Shown piece by piece: positions 12,701 through 23,237 of a DNA stretch of 64,000 bases. Source of the DNA: Enoplolaimus lenunculus (lineage: Eukaryota); assembly GCA_030248215.1 (NCBI GenBank), contig JASANG010001409.1, positions 310,001 through 374,000 of the forward strand, given 5' to 3'. A program made the translations under genes and the position numbers. Each line of letters starts with the position of its first letter. Positions within the stretch are counted from its first letter, which is position 1. The notes under the pieces were generated by a model that searched no databases, was not told the DNA's origin, and saw only the letters and a program-made list of their open reading frames with translations.

Positions 12701-13344
12701 AAACTTAGCCGATGGGCCGAAGCATTTTCAATCTCTTTGAGCAACAAGACGAAAAAATAAATAAATTCTGTAAGAAATACAAGTTTAATGTGATGATTTT
12801 TAGTTCGTAGCATATAGAAAACAAGTATGTTTAGTACGGCGAAACTCGGGAACGCTACAGGTTCGTAACTAAGGAGTGGGATAATCCCTTTAAGAATAGC
12901 ATCTTATACCTACTGGCTGAAAGTTTTTTCAACCGCATTAAAAGGATTCGATGTTACGAACACGTAGGCTTTGAAATGGCATTTAAGTTTTTAATAAATT
13001 TTATTGATACAAATAGGTGTGGTCGCGGCTGAATGTAATAATGGGGAAAGGAATTTCGTTGACACGTCGCAGCCAATGGTAACAATTCTTATCCGGTCGA
13101 ATACCGAAATTTTCTTGCAAGAGGGTCGCTACAGACGTCTGACTAAAGACTTATGGTCAAATAACTGATTTAGCGCGCTGCCAATGATTTGGGACGGCGC
13201 CAAATTCCTTAACTAGACAGGCAGACGTCTGATGGCGGCAATCTTAGCTTCATTGCACTCAACTCAACAAGCTACGTTAAATGGTATATATTGTATGCAA
13301 CTTTTTGCTAAAAAATGTTTTTTGGTCTTTAGGGGTACCTTGGA

Positions 13345-14075
13345 CCACAGGTATAAGTGGGTAAAAAATTTTACCCGCGTTGCGTTTTCCCGTGGAAATT
13401 TAATTTTTTTACCAGCGGGAAAACACGCACAAAATTTCTTTATTCGTTACCCGTCCTTACCAGCGAAAAATTATACGTTCAATACAATTGTGTAATTTTA
13501 TAGTGCATAGATGTTACTGAATTTACGTTACAAAAACTCTTTATCAGTAACTTTCAAAACAAACCATTAAGTAAAAAATATAACACCGAACAATATTGCA
13601 CATTACGCCTAACACCGTTAAAATTAGCTTGTTAACCGATGGACGATCAGTGAATCAAAACATTCTTGTCTGTACAAAATCGTTGTCGATATGAACGCAT
13701 AAATCACACATTTCTTTACGGTTTCGTCGCAATTTGTATAAAGACCTCTTTCAGAAAGCTGTAAACATATTGTTCCAGGTCAAAGAAGAGTAAGACCTTT
13801 ACAGGAACGCAAAGAATATGGGCAAATGGAATTAGGGAATAACATTTATTGTTGCTGCCATCAAAAAGTCACGAATATTTTTCGATTTAACAGCATCATT
13901 TCATGAGTATAAATACTTCTTTTCACTCATACGGTAAAAACCGTTTAAAAATTCAAGTTTTTCTATGTTACCTGGTTTCAATTTGTCCGGAAAATTTTAG
14001 GCTGGTGCCCGCACTTTGAAATTTTTTACCCACGAGTATACCCGCGTCAAAATTTTTTTCCCGGTACCCGCGTTC
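13345..14075. mobile_element. Degenerate inverted-repeat element with TACCCGCG motifs
   Basis: GTATAAGTGGGTAAAAAATT (13351) versus ATTTTTTACCCACGAGTATAC (14021). Confidence 0.45.
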
Positions 14076-15099
14076 GCCCGCGCGTCAGGAAAGGTCATGA
14101 GAAGCTACAAATACGCAAAACAATTTTAAAATCGAACCATTTTTGGGCAACCGCCGACTGCGGAGGGGATAACCAAAAACCTCGAACTATAACCCTCTAA
14201 GCAAGCTGAACACGGTCCTGTTGTATCGACGCAACATTTTTCAACCTTTTAGCTAAAAATTCAAACCACTGCACTGACCTTAAATGAAAAATTTACGATG
14301 CCAAATTTTTATCGCGGCAGCAATGCTGATAGCGAGGGGACGCATTCCGTACGAACCCTGCCACTGATTCTTATAAGCTATCCGCAAATGGAATACTGTC
14401 CAAAAAACATACATATCTTTTTAAGCTAAACAACCGTTATGCAAATATACGAAGCATATATGTTTTGGAGACAAGAGGTAATTTACATATTAATAAACAT
14501 GATCACGACAGCTTAAGAAAAGCCTTTGAGCCCTAAAACATCGTAGAACCATAAGCTCTGAAATATATTATTTGTTGGACGTAACGCTTTTTCCATTGGG
14601 TGCTTTTTGCTAAAATATTAAGCGCTGCCCGATCCCGTAGCCAGCAGCTCACATTTCTAGGATGGTTAAAATATTCAGGGAAGATATATAGGAGTTTTCT
14701 ATGATTTTACAAACAAGGTTGAAAATTTGAGGGTGGCGGCATGAGCCCACGTGGCCAACCTCTGGATACAAGTCTGAGTGGATCTGTTGCAATAAGCAAG
14801 GGGCGAATATAAGATGACGTACAGGTGATATTAAGAAGCGGATACAAGGACAGAAATATGGGTATATATTCCTCGAATATGTTTCCGGTAAAATTGAAAC
14901 TGCCTTTTGTTGACATTCTAGATCCAAAATATGCCAAAATGTGCGCAACGAATTTCTCTTATCGCTTCGCTCGCTGGCAAATTTACACAGGTTATCTTTT
15001 CCATAGACTGTAATCCTGGTTTAGACCGGGTAGGCAAATTATAGGTAATTTTGCAGGTTTTTCTGTAATGAACATTTTCCACGTAAGATACCGTATTTG

Positions 15100-15330
15100 A
15101 AAAGCACTTGGTAACAGGGCCGAAACAGCCACCCGAAAACCCCAATTTGAGGCGCCCCCGATCCATAAAAGGCACCCACCCTAACCCCGGTTGAAACAAA
15201 AACCGTCGAAGTTTCAAAATGCGTTTGGCTTCTAGCTCGTTTCGATCCCGATTTTGGGAGGCCCTCATCTTGATGTTTGTGTTAAGCTTCTACTCCTGGC
15301 TGCTCCGGCACTGGACAGTACAAAAAGTGA
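15100..15330 (+). repeat. Dispersed repeat, second copy about 26430-26640
   Basis: Shared GAAACAAAAACCG.CGAAGTTT.AAAATGC.TTTGGCTTCT and CTGCT.CGGCACTG. Confidence 0.7.
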
Positions 15331-15585
15331 CCCTCAAATTAATATTGCTAATTTTCATAAAAACAACTATTTGCTACTATGCAATAGCGATCACAATCCG
15401 GTGTTAATATTTTTGTCTTAATTTTAAGTTTTTTTACTTCATAAATAATTTAAAACTAAATTTAGATTCTTAATAGGTTTTCTGTAAATTTTTGTGTCAA
15501 ACATGAAATCGAGTCATGTGTTTGCAGCCTAAGGCAGCCAGGAACATTTCTGGAAAGTACATACTGCAACATCAGTAGATCAAGT

Positions 15586-15777
15586 GGCCTGTGTAAAAAT
15601 CAGGGGCGGAACGTTTTTTTGTGGAACTAGAAAACAGTACGCTTAAAGCTTTAGCCTAATTTATTGGTTAGGCTTATGCTTAGGTTTAGGTTTAGGAATG
15701 AGTTCATTTTTACGCTTAGGCTTAGGCTTTGAAATAGGCATATAGCCACTGATACACCCCTGCTCTTTATATTGGCC
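15586..15777 (-). mobile_element. Family A1 MITE
   Basis: TSD GATCAAGT/GATCAAGA. Confidence 0.85.
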
Positions 15778-15925
15778 GATCAAGATGTAGTGTTTATACC
15801 ACTAAACAAACTTCTAGTCTTTCACAAACATAACCGTACCATAGATGTTCGTAGCCAGCCCAACTTAAAGGGCGTCGTGCCAAAAGACTCAGGGACGGGC
15901 TTATTTTAGTTTATAATACCATGTT

Positions 15926-16236
15926 GGACAATGTATAGAACAGGGCCGGAATAGTAGTATAAGCATATTCCTAAGCCTAAGCCTAAGCCTAAGCCTAAGC
16001 CTAAGCCTAAGCCTAAGCCTAAGCCTAAGCCTAAGCCTAAGCCTAAGCCTAAGCCTAAGCCTAAGCCTAAGCCTAAGCCTAAGCCTAAGCCTAAGCCTAA
16101 GCCTAAGCGTTAAGACGAGCCTATTCCTAAGCCTAAGCCTATTCCTAAGCCTAAGCAAAAAAGTTAGTCTAAAGCTTTACCTGACCCTATTACAGCCCCG
16201 CCAGAAAACGATCCGGCCCTGTTGTATACATGGGCC
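15926..16236 (+). mobile_element. Family A3 MITE containing about 23 perfect TAAGCC units
   Basis: GGACAATGTATAGAACAGGGCCGGA...TCCGGCCCTGTTGTATACATGGGCC; pure hexamer tract about 15970-16107. Confidence 0.88.
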
Positions 16237-16327
16237 GTGCCTTTCAATGGGTCAAACAATTTCGCTATGTTGGTTTAGGGTCTACCTACTGGCTACGAAA
16301 AGTACAAAACCCTCCCGTTCAACTTAC

Positions 16328-17017
16328 CTCAACGGCACTTGATTCGTCAATGCTGTCCAAATGCGCTCCACTTGTCGATCCGCCGTATACCGGGACCGAG
16401 TCAGCCTTAGTCCGGCACCGGCCTCCGCCGCTAAAGGCCGATCCCAGTTTGGGAGCAAAACGCTTTCGGGCTTCCATGGCTGGTTGAAACGCGGCTGCAA
16501 TAGCAGCCACCGGAAGCGAATGTCGCCTGTTTGAATTGTGTCTTCCTTGTTTAGCCGTTGGCCAGTTTTCCCGACCCCTGGAGTCTAAGTTAGGTTGCGC
16601 TGGGGGTGGCCTATTAGTAATAACATCCGCTTCCTTAAGACTGTTGTCAGAAGTCTCGGCTTGGCAAGATGAGGGTGACGTTGAACTAAGCAAACAGTTT
16701 TGTTCACCGTAACCTAACGACGAAACCTTATTATAGCAATCAGTAGCAATATTTGAACTATTAATTTCGTTTGAACTGTTCGTACTATTATTAAAAGGTT
16801 TGCTTGCAGACGTAGATGTGATATGATTCGACGATGACGACCGAGGGGGATTCGTAGCTTCACCGCTAGGTTCCTTTGGCTGGCACGTGGGGGCGCTACG
16901 CTTTTTCTGTCGGCGATTGCCTTTGACATGTTTATCAAAGATGCTTTGCCTCGGCGTGCAAGTACAGTTGTCTATAGATTGAGCTGAACGAGACAGATCG
17001 CTCTGTGATTGGCCCAT
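16328..17017 (-). CDS. First coding exon (230 codons) of an unidentified spliced gene; Ser/Asn-rich, probably disordered N-terminus with MGxxxS myristoylation-type start
   Basis: Longest ORF in the window, unique sequence, higher GC than flanks. In-frame TAA three codons upstream of the ATG. The frame ends at a phase-0 donor GAG|GTAAGTT (intron starts 16327), two codons before the ORF stop. No recognisable domain. Confidence 0.75.
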
Positions 17018-17321
17018 TTGGCTTTAACTTTACTAAATTATTACTTAGATGGATACTAAATATTTTAGTAACTATAAATCGGTCCGTTTTCAGCAGAGAA
17101 CGTTAAGCCAATCTTATAGCCGGGAGAGTTGGGCCCGTAGCCGAAGGGTGGCCAGGGACACAGTCCCCCAAGAAAAATTTTTGGTTCCTCTAGAAAATTT
17201 CCATCCTTACTTGTACGTCAACAAAATCACTTGTATACCCCCCTGAAAAATATTTAGGCCCACCCAGACCAAGTGAGCTGGCTACGGATCTGTTCACTAA
17301 AACTCGTTAATTAAAATCTGG

Positions 17322-17578
17322 GGCCAATGTAAACAACAGGGGCGGAACAGTATTACAAGCATATGCTTAAGCCTAAGCCTAAGCCTAAACGTAAGCCTAA
17401 GCCTAACTCTAAGCCTATAAGCATATTCCTAAGCCTAAGCCTAAGCCTAAGCGCAACAGTGAGCATATTCCAGAGCATAAGCCTAAGCCTAAGCCAAACA
17501 AAAAAATTAGTCTAAAGCTTAAGCTTACTCTATTGCAGTCCCACAAAAAACGTTCCGCCCATGATCTTTACATGGGTC
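17322..17578 (+). mobile_element. Family A1 MITE
   Basis: TSD AAATCTGG/AAAGCTGG. Confidence 0.9.
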
Positions 17579-18595
17579 AAAGCTGGCACAAAAATTTACC
17601 GAAAGGGATCAACCTTACCGTCCGCTTTTTAAAAAATTCTCAAGAGTAAAACTTATAAATCTGATCCGAATAATTTGTATTGTGGCTTTGGTTGTAACGT
17701 TCCAGCTTTAGTCTAAGCTTAAGGTTTCGACGTTGTCGAACCTGAAAAATGCTCAATAAAAGAATACAAAACCATTAATTCTGGTTCGCTACGACGACAA
17801 ATTTGAAACTTTTCAGGACGTTTTGGTTGTTAAATTTAAACTTTCTAAAATCCATTAAGCCACAGCGTAGGATTAAACCAAGGATATTAAAATAAATTGC
17901 GATGTTTCTGTCACTACCGAAAAACTTATAGGCAGTATCCATAGGGAGTGGATGTTTAGTGCAACCATAGAACGGCCGGCAGCGGGCCCATGACCAGAAG
18001 GGACCGAGGAGACTCAGCCTCCTTCTGGAACAATTTTATCCATTCTACAAAATTTTCAACCTTGCTTGTAATTCATCGAAAACCCTTGTATGCCCTCCTG
18101 GTTAATTTTTTTTAGTTCGAATGGGTGTTTAGTGCAACCATGAGCTACCATCAGCGGGCCCATGACCAGAAGGGACCGAGGAGACTCAGCCTCCTTCTGG
18201 AACAATTTTATCCATTCTACAAAATTTTCAACCTTGCTTGTAATTCATCGAAAAGCCTTGGATGCTCCTCCTGAAAAATGTTTAGCCCCGCCACCCGCGC
18301 AAGGTGAGCTGGCTAACGGTTCTGGCTGGCAGGTATTTACAACGGCGTGCAGTTGTACCTTTAGGGATTCCTTAGGCAATTTTTAAAATCTACTCAAAAA
18401 ATTGAGGAAACGTTCAACTGCAGTTTATGTTAAATTTTCGCCCCTGAATTCCCACTTGCACACCTGAACCAATTTTTTCTGGCAGGGTTCACACATTTTA
18501 CACTGCCGTTCAGAAGCTTTTATCCGCAAAAAAATGTTTAAAATATTTTTTGACACAAAGAATTCAATTATTCTTTTAATTTTTAGATTAATTTG

Positions 18596-18814
18596 AAACG
18601 TTTTTCTGTGAGACTAGAAAAGAGTAAGCTTAAACTTTAGACTAATTTTTTTGCTTGGATTATGCTTAGGCTTTAATATGCTCATTCTTACGCTTACGCT
18701 TAGGCTTAGGCTTATCCTTAGGTTTAGGCTTAGGCTTAGGCTTAGGCTTAGGTTTAGGCTTACTCTTAGGAATGTGCTTATAATACTGTTCCACCCTGGT
18801 TCTTTACATTGGCC
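18596..18814 (-). mobile_element. Family A1 MITE, one end truncated
   Basis: TTAGGC tract ending CTTTACATTGGCC. Confidence 0.8.
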
Positions 18815-19492
18815 ACGGAAAGTAATAACCTTAAGTCCCGTCTAATAATTTTTACGCTACAAATTTTCGTCTTTAAACCAAAAAAATTCGCTACCCCACG
18901 ACCCTGAATTGTGACAGTAACCGATGCAATAACGTTTCGTGATCTACGCAGGGAAAGGTTACTATAAAACATAGAATTCTGCTAATGTCGCCGAACAATT
19001 TTAAACGCTTCATCCACCCTCGCCTGCGGTCGTTGCGACCCTGACGACTGAAAAGATAATTTGTACGACCAGAAAAGACGTGGGTAGACTTTTAAGGACC
19101 CAGTTATTTTTTGGTCAAACACAGACCGCATTCAACATATATATGGTAACTGTCAGACAAATTAAAATAGAGTTCAATTTAATAACGCTCAATAAAATAT
19201 CATTATTATCGTTTAGGTCTCTGCTGATGGATGTCTAAATTGAACTCGCGTTTCAGATAAAAACAAGTCTTGTACCCGGACGAATTGGGTATAAATAATC
19301 AGAACCGGGCAGCGGTGGAAAAACGAATAAACTATCAGTTGATAAGATGAAATTGGCAAACCGTTGCCGATGGTACCTACATTAAGGCGCAGAGTCATTT
19401 CATGATAATTATTACAACCAATTGAAGCTTTCGAGGCCATCACCGGATCTCCTATCTCTTTTGGTACGCCACTGTGCGTGTTTAGCTATTTG

Positions 19493-19821
19493 AGCCAATG
19501 TATAGAACAGGGGTGCAACAGTAGTTAAGCCGAAGCGTAAGCGTAAGAAAGAGCTTATAATTATGCCTAAGCCTAAACCTAAGCATAGGAATGATCTTAT
19601 ACCTATGCCTAAGCATATCCGTAAGAATATATTTATACTTAACGTTAAGCATAAACCTAAGTGTAAGAATGAGTTTATACCTATGCCTAAGCCTAAACGT
19701 AAGAATGAGCTTATACCTAAGCCTAAGCCTAATCATAAGTAAAAAAAATTAGACTAAAGCTTAAGCTTACTCTATTACAGTCGCACGGAATGACGTACGG
19801 CCCCTGATCTTAACAGAGGCC
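19493..19821 (+). mobile_element. Family A1 MITE
   Basis: Perfect TSD GCTATTTG; several GTAAGAATGAGC-(TAAGCC) units. Confidence 0.88.
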
Positions 19822-20065
19822 GCTATTTGGAACAAAGTCTTCATTGCGTACTTTTCTTTGACTCGTTTTTGATAAAAAAAATCATGCATTGACGGTCTAA
19901 TATGACAGTGTTGAACTCGAATTAATCAATTAAAATGTAAGTCTTTCTCACCCACGTATTTTAGGCAGAACAACAGCATTACGATGATTAGGCTGTATAA
20001 TTGATTTAATCCAGTTTTACTCTGCCCTCATGTCATTTGGAAAAAAATTCACATTTAAAAATTAA

Positions 20066-20329
20066 CCCTTTCTCACATGAATATTTTAAATTTTATATGA
20101 GATGAAATTTCAAGGTAAGTTTCGGTCGCCAGTCTCACGTGTGGGAGGCGTTTATGATGACCACTGAGCTATAGGAGCTTGATGCTCGAGCCCGAGGGGT
20201 CTCTCACGTCTTGTGGAGATTTTGCACTGCGCATATATGTTATTAATGTTGCACACTGATTACAGTGCGTGGTAGTGCTCGTACAATATTGTATTTGGTT
20301 GCTCATAGTATACTCTATTAGTGAAAGGG
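20066..20329 (+). mobile_element. Family E piggyBac-like MITE
   Basis: TTAA-CCCTTTCTCACATGAATATTT start; shared GGAGCTTGA..CTCGAGCCCGAGGGG core. Confidence 0.85.
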
Positions 20330-20464
20330 CTATAGATACTGAAGTAAGAATTTTTTCATTAAGTCCGCGGTTATTTAAACATTTTTAATCGCTTTGTCTA
20401 AGAAAGCCCTCTGTTCACTTCTCTAATATTTTCGATTAATAAAGCAATACGACTTTCAAAAATA

Positions 20465-20712
20465 TAGACGGGTTCGTTTCATTGGAACAAAACCTAAATT
20501 TAGTAAAATAACCTTAAGCTTAGGCTTAGGAATAGTCTCATTCTTACGCTTAGGCTTAGACTTAGGCTTCTTAGGAATAGTCTCATTCTTACTCTTAGGC
20601 TTAGACTTAGGCTTCTTAGGAATAGTCTCATTCTTACGCTTAGGCTTAGACTTAGGCTTAGGCTTAGGAATATGCTTATACTACTGTTCCGGTCCTGTTC
20701 TATACATGAGCC
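20465..20712 (-). mobile_element. Family A3-type MITE with about 41-bp internal tandem units
   Basis: Ends CCGGTCCTGTTCTATACATGAGCC; three copies of GGAATAGTCTCATTCTTAC-(TTAGGC)n. Confidence 0.75.
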
Positions 20713-21158
20713 GCTAACGCAATGGCTTGTGATAGTAATGTGATCACAGTATTGAACAAAAACCAGGTGAAAAAAGTGCGCTTGGCCTAAAACCAAATGG
20801 CATACAATGAATTCAGTTTCAAATTTAAAAAGCAACAAAAATATTGACTCAGAATTAAAACAAACAACCTTTATACAGATATTGCGGACTTCTCGAGTAT
20901 ACTTGACAAACAAAGCATACCATTTGTTAATTTAATGCCTAAATTTGAAGCAAACCAAAAGGTGTAAACCTTGTATTTTTCAATGCGAGGTTCAGAGGGC
21001 AGTCAGGGCTTTGCAGCGAACAACGTTTAAAGGGTTTTGGGTTCGAACAGTAAACTTTCCCGAGCAAGGTGAGCTGGCTACGGGCCTGAAGTGTACAAGA
21101 GCCAATAATTTTGCAATTTCAAATTTCGAAACGGTAAAATTTCATAACATACTATACA

Positions 21159-21490
21159 TTGGCTGGGTTTCCAAAATCCTACTTAAGTACGACTTGGTAC
21201 TTAAACACGTGCAAAGTTATTACTTAACCATTTTGTCTTTTTTAAAAGCTTACTTAAATAAAGTAAATCTGTAAGTCGCTGACTAAATTTGATATATTGT
21301 CACACTGACAGTTCGGGCATACTAATCTTTGTCTAATTTAAAGCAAAACTATTACTTTCATGTTACGACAATTTCTCACATTTGTCGCTAATTTCATTTT
21401 GCTCAAAGAGTTAAGTATTTACTTAACTTAAGTAATTACTAAAACATAATTTAAGTAAATACATAAGTAAGATTTCAGAAACCCAGCCAA
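21159..21490. mobile_element. Unclassified MITE with TTGGCTGGGTTTC TIR
   Basis: TGGCTGGGTTTCCAAAATCCTACTTA versus TAAGTAAGATTTCAGAAACCCAGCCA; ACTTAA subterminal repeats. Confidence 0.75.
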
Positions 21491-22280
21491 TATGTCATTG
21501 GTTGATGCTCATTATGACATTCAAAAAAAGCAGAAATCTTCCGGATGCGGATGTTTCAAAATTTGCGGATGTGAATTTTGATTTGGTCAAATTCTAGTTT
21601 ACTAATTTTCAAATTTGTTTGTCATAAATTGAAATGTTTTGATGGCAAGGCAAATTTATCAAACCTGAACATTTTATAGGCAGAATATTGCAAGTCAGCC
21701 GAATTCGCAGCTGCTGTACAGCAAGCAGATGCTGTTTGTTTGATTAAATTTTTAAAATTATGGACAAAAAAGTTCAAACGGCAACTTCCACGGATGAGAA
21801 GAAAAGAGCTGTGATAGGATATACGATGATTGGGACTGCATCCTCATCATTTCAAACGATTTAGGGTTCGTTGTACATTAACCCATTCTTTCATAGAGTA
21901 CACTATGAGCAACTAAATACAAACAGTATGCAAGCAATACATACAACGCCATGCCTGCGTTTAGCATTCATACGGACTATTTGCAATATACCTAATATCT
22001 CCGCAAGACGTGAGAGTTCTCTAACCGAGGGGTAATGATAAATGGTTCCCTACCGTGAGATCGAGATTCAATGACTCATTTTACAAAATGAGTCACTTTC
22101 ATTAAATTCCTAGGGATGTCCATATTCCGTACCTCTGTCATATAATTGCAACACTGCTGACACTACACTATAAATTCGAATGAGTTGAGTAATCAACAAT
22201 TCTCAGCCCAGACTTTTTGAGTGGATTGAACTCATTGTGAGTTAAAATTAAAGTGTAAGCTTAAATTTTGACCAACTTGG

Positions 22281-22543
22281 CCCTTTCACACATGAATATT
22301 TTCAATTTTATATGAGATGCAATTTAAACGTAAGATTTGATCCCCTGTCTTTCGGGTAAGAGGCGATTACGATGCCCACTCGGCTGTAGGAGCTTGATGC
22401 TAGAGCCCGAGGGGTCTCTCACGTCTTGTGGAGATTTTGCACTGTGCATATATGTTATAAATGTTAAACACTGCTCACAGTGTCTGTGTTGCTCATATAT
22501 TATTGTATTTAGTTGTTCATAGTACACTCTACGAGTTAAAGGG
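22281..22543 (+). mobile_element. Family E piggyBac-like MITE
   Basis: Same core; ends AAAGGG-TTAA. Fragment also about 21881-22020. Confidence 0.85.
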
Positions 22544-22931
22544 TTAAAACTCTAAACGTCAACTGTCACTGCTAGATTTACCTGGTTAACAAAACAAATG
22601 ATGCAAAAACTGTTGCAGAACGAACCTATTTTCTTATAAATAATTTTGAAATGTGTCTAGAAAAGACGTTTAGTTGACCAGAATTAGAGCTTATGTATGA
22701 TGATAAGCTTACATGAATATAACCAGAGGTATAAAAATTGTAGCCTGAGCTGAAACCGGCCGAACTTTGCTAGAACCGGAGTACGGTTGTGAAACAAAAT
22801 TAGGTTTGTTTATATGGCGTATCAAACCGCTAACAATAACTTGATAAAGTGTTGCTAAAAACTTGATTTGGTCGTTTTGTTAACAGTCTTGGGCAATTTA
22901 CTCGTTGAAAATTACTCGTAATTTATCCGAG

Positions 22932-23237
22932 CAAGAGTGAATAATGCATACTAACAAGAGTGCGCAACTTGGTAGATTCTGTGTAGAAAAAATGTACCCG
23001 GCAAGCGTTGCGTTTTTGGCCAACCACCCTTTATTTAGTGGGGGGTACAACCAGGGCGAACCATTCCACTTTATGTATCTGGCAACAAATTGCTCCGCTT
23101 AATTTAATTTAGAGTTATTGCATGTGACAGCGACCCCCCTCTTAACAAGCGGGTCGGCCAAAAACGCAACGCCCGGTGGTACATTTTGTATCATGCGAAA
23201 CCCCAAGAGTTGCACACTCTTGTATCAAGCACTCTTG
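22932..23237 (+). mobile_element. Family H MITE (doubled CAAGAGTG termini, 7-bp TSD; P-element-like)
   Basis: TSD ATCCGAG/ATACGAG; internal inverted GTTGCGTTTTTGGCC / GGCCAAAAACGCAAC. Confidence 0.75.

Noticed and set aside
12262..12813. Hydrophobic F/L/S-rich or K/E/R-rich ORFs
   Set aside because: Artefacts of the purine-rich low-complexity tract.
15901..16158. ORFs of RLRLRL, KPKPKP or SLSLSL (also 1941, 19482, 20500, 29324, 29447, 40422, 52546 and others)
   Set aside because: They are translations of the TAAGCC/TTAGGC hexamer inside MITEs.
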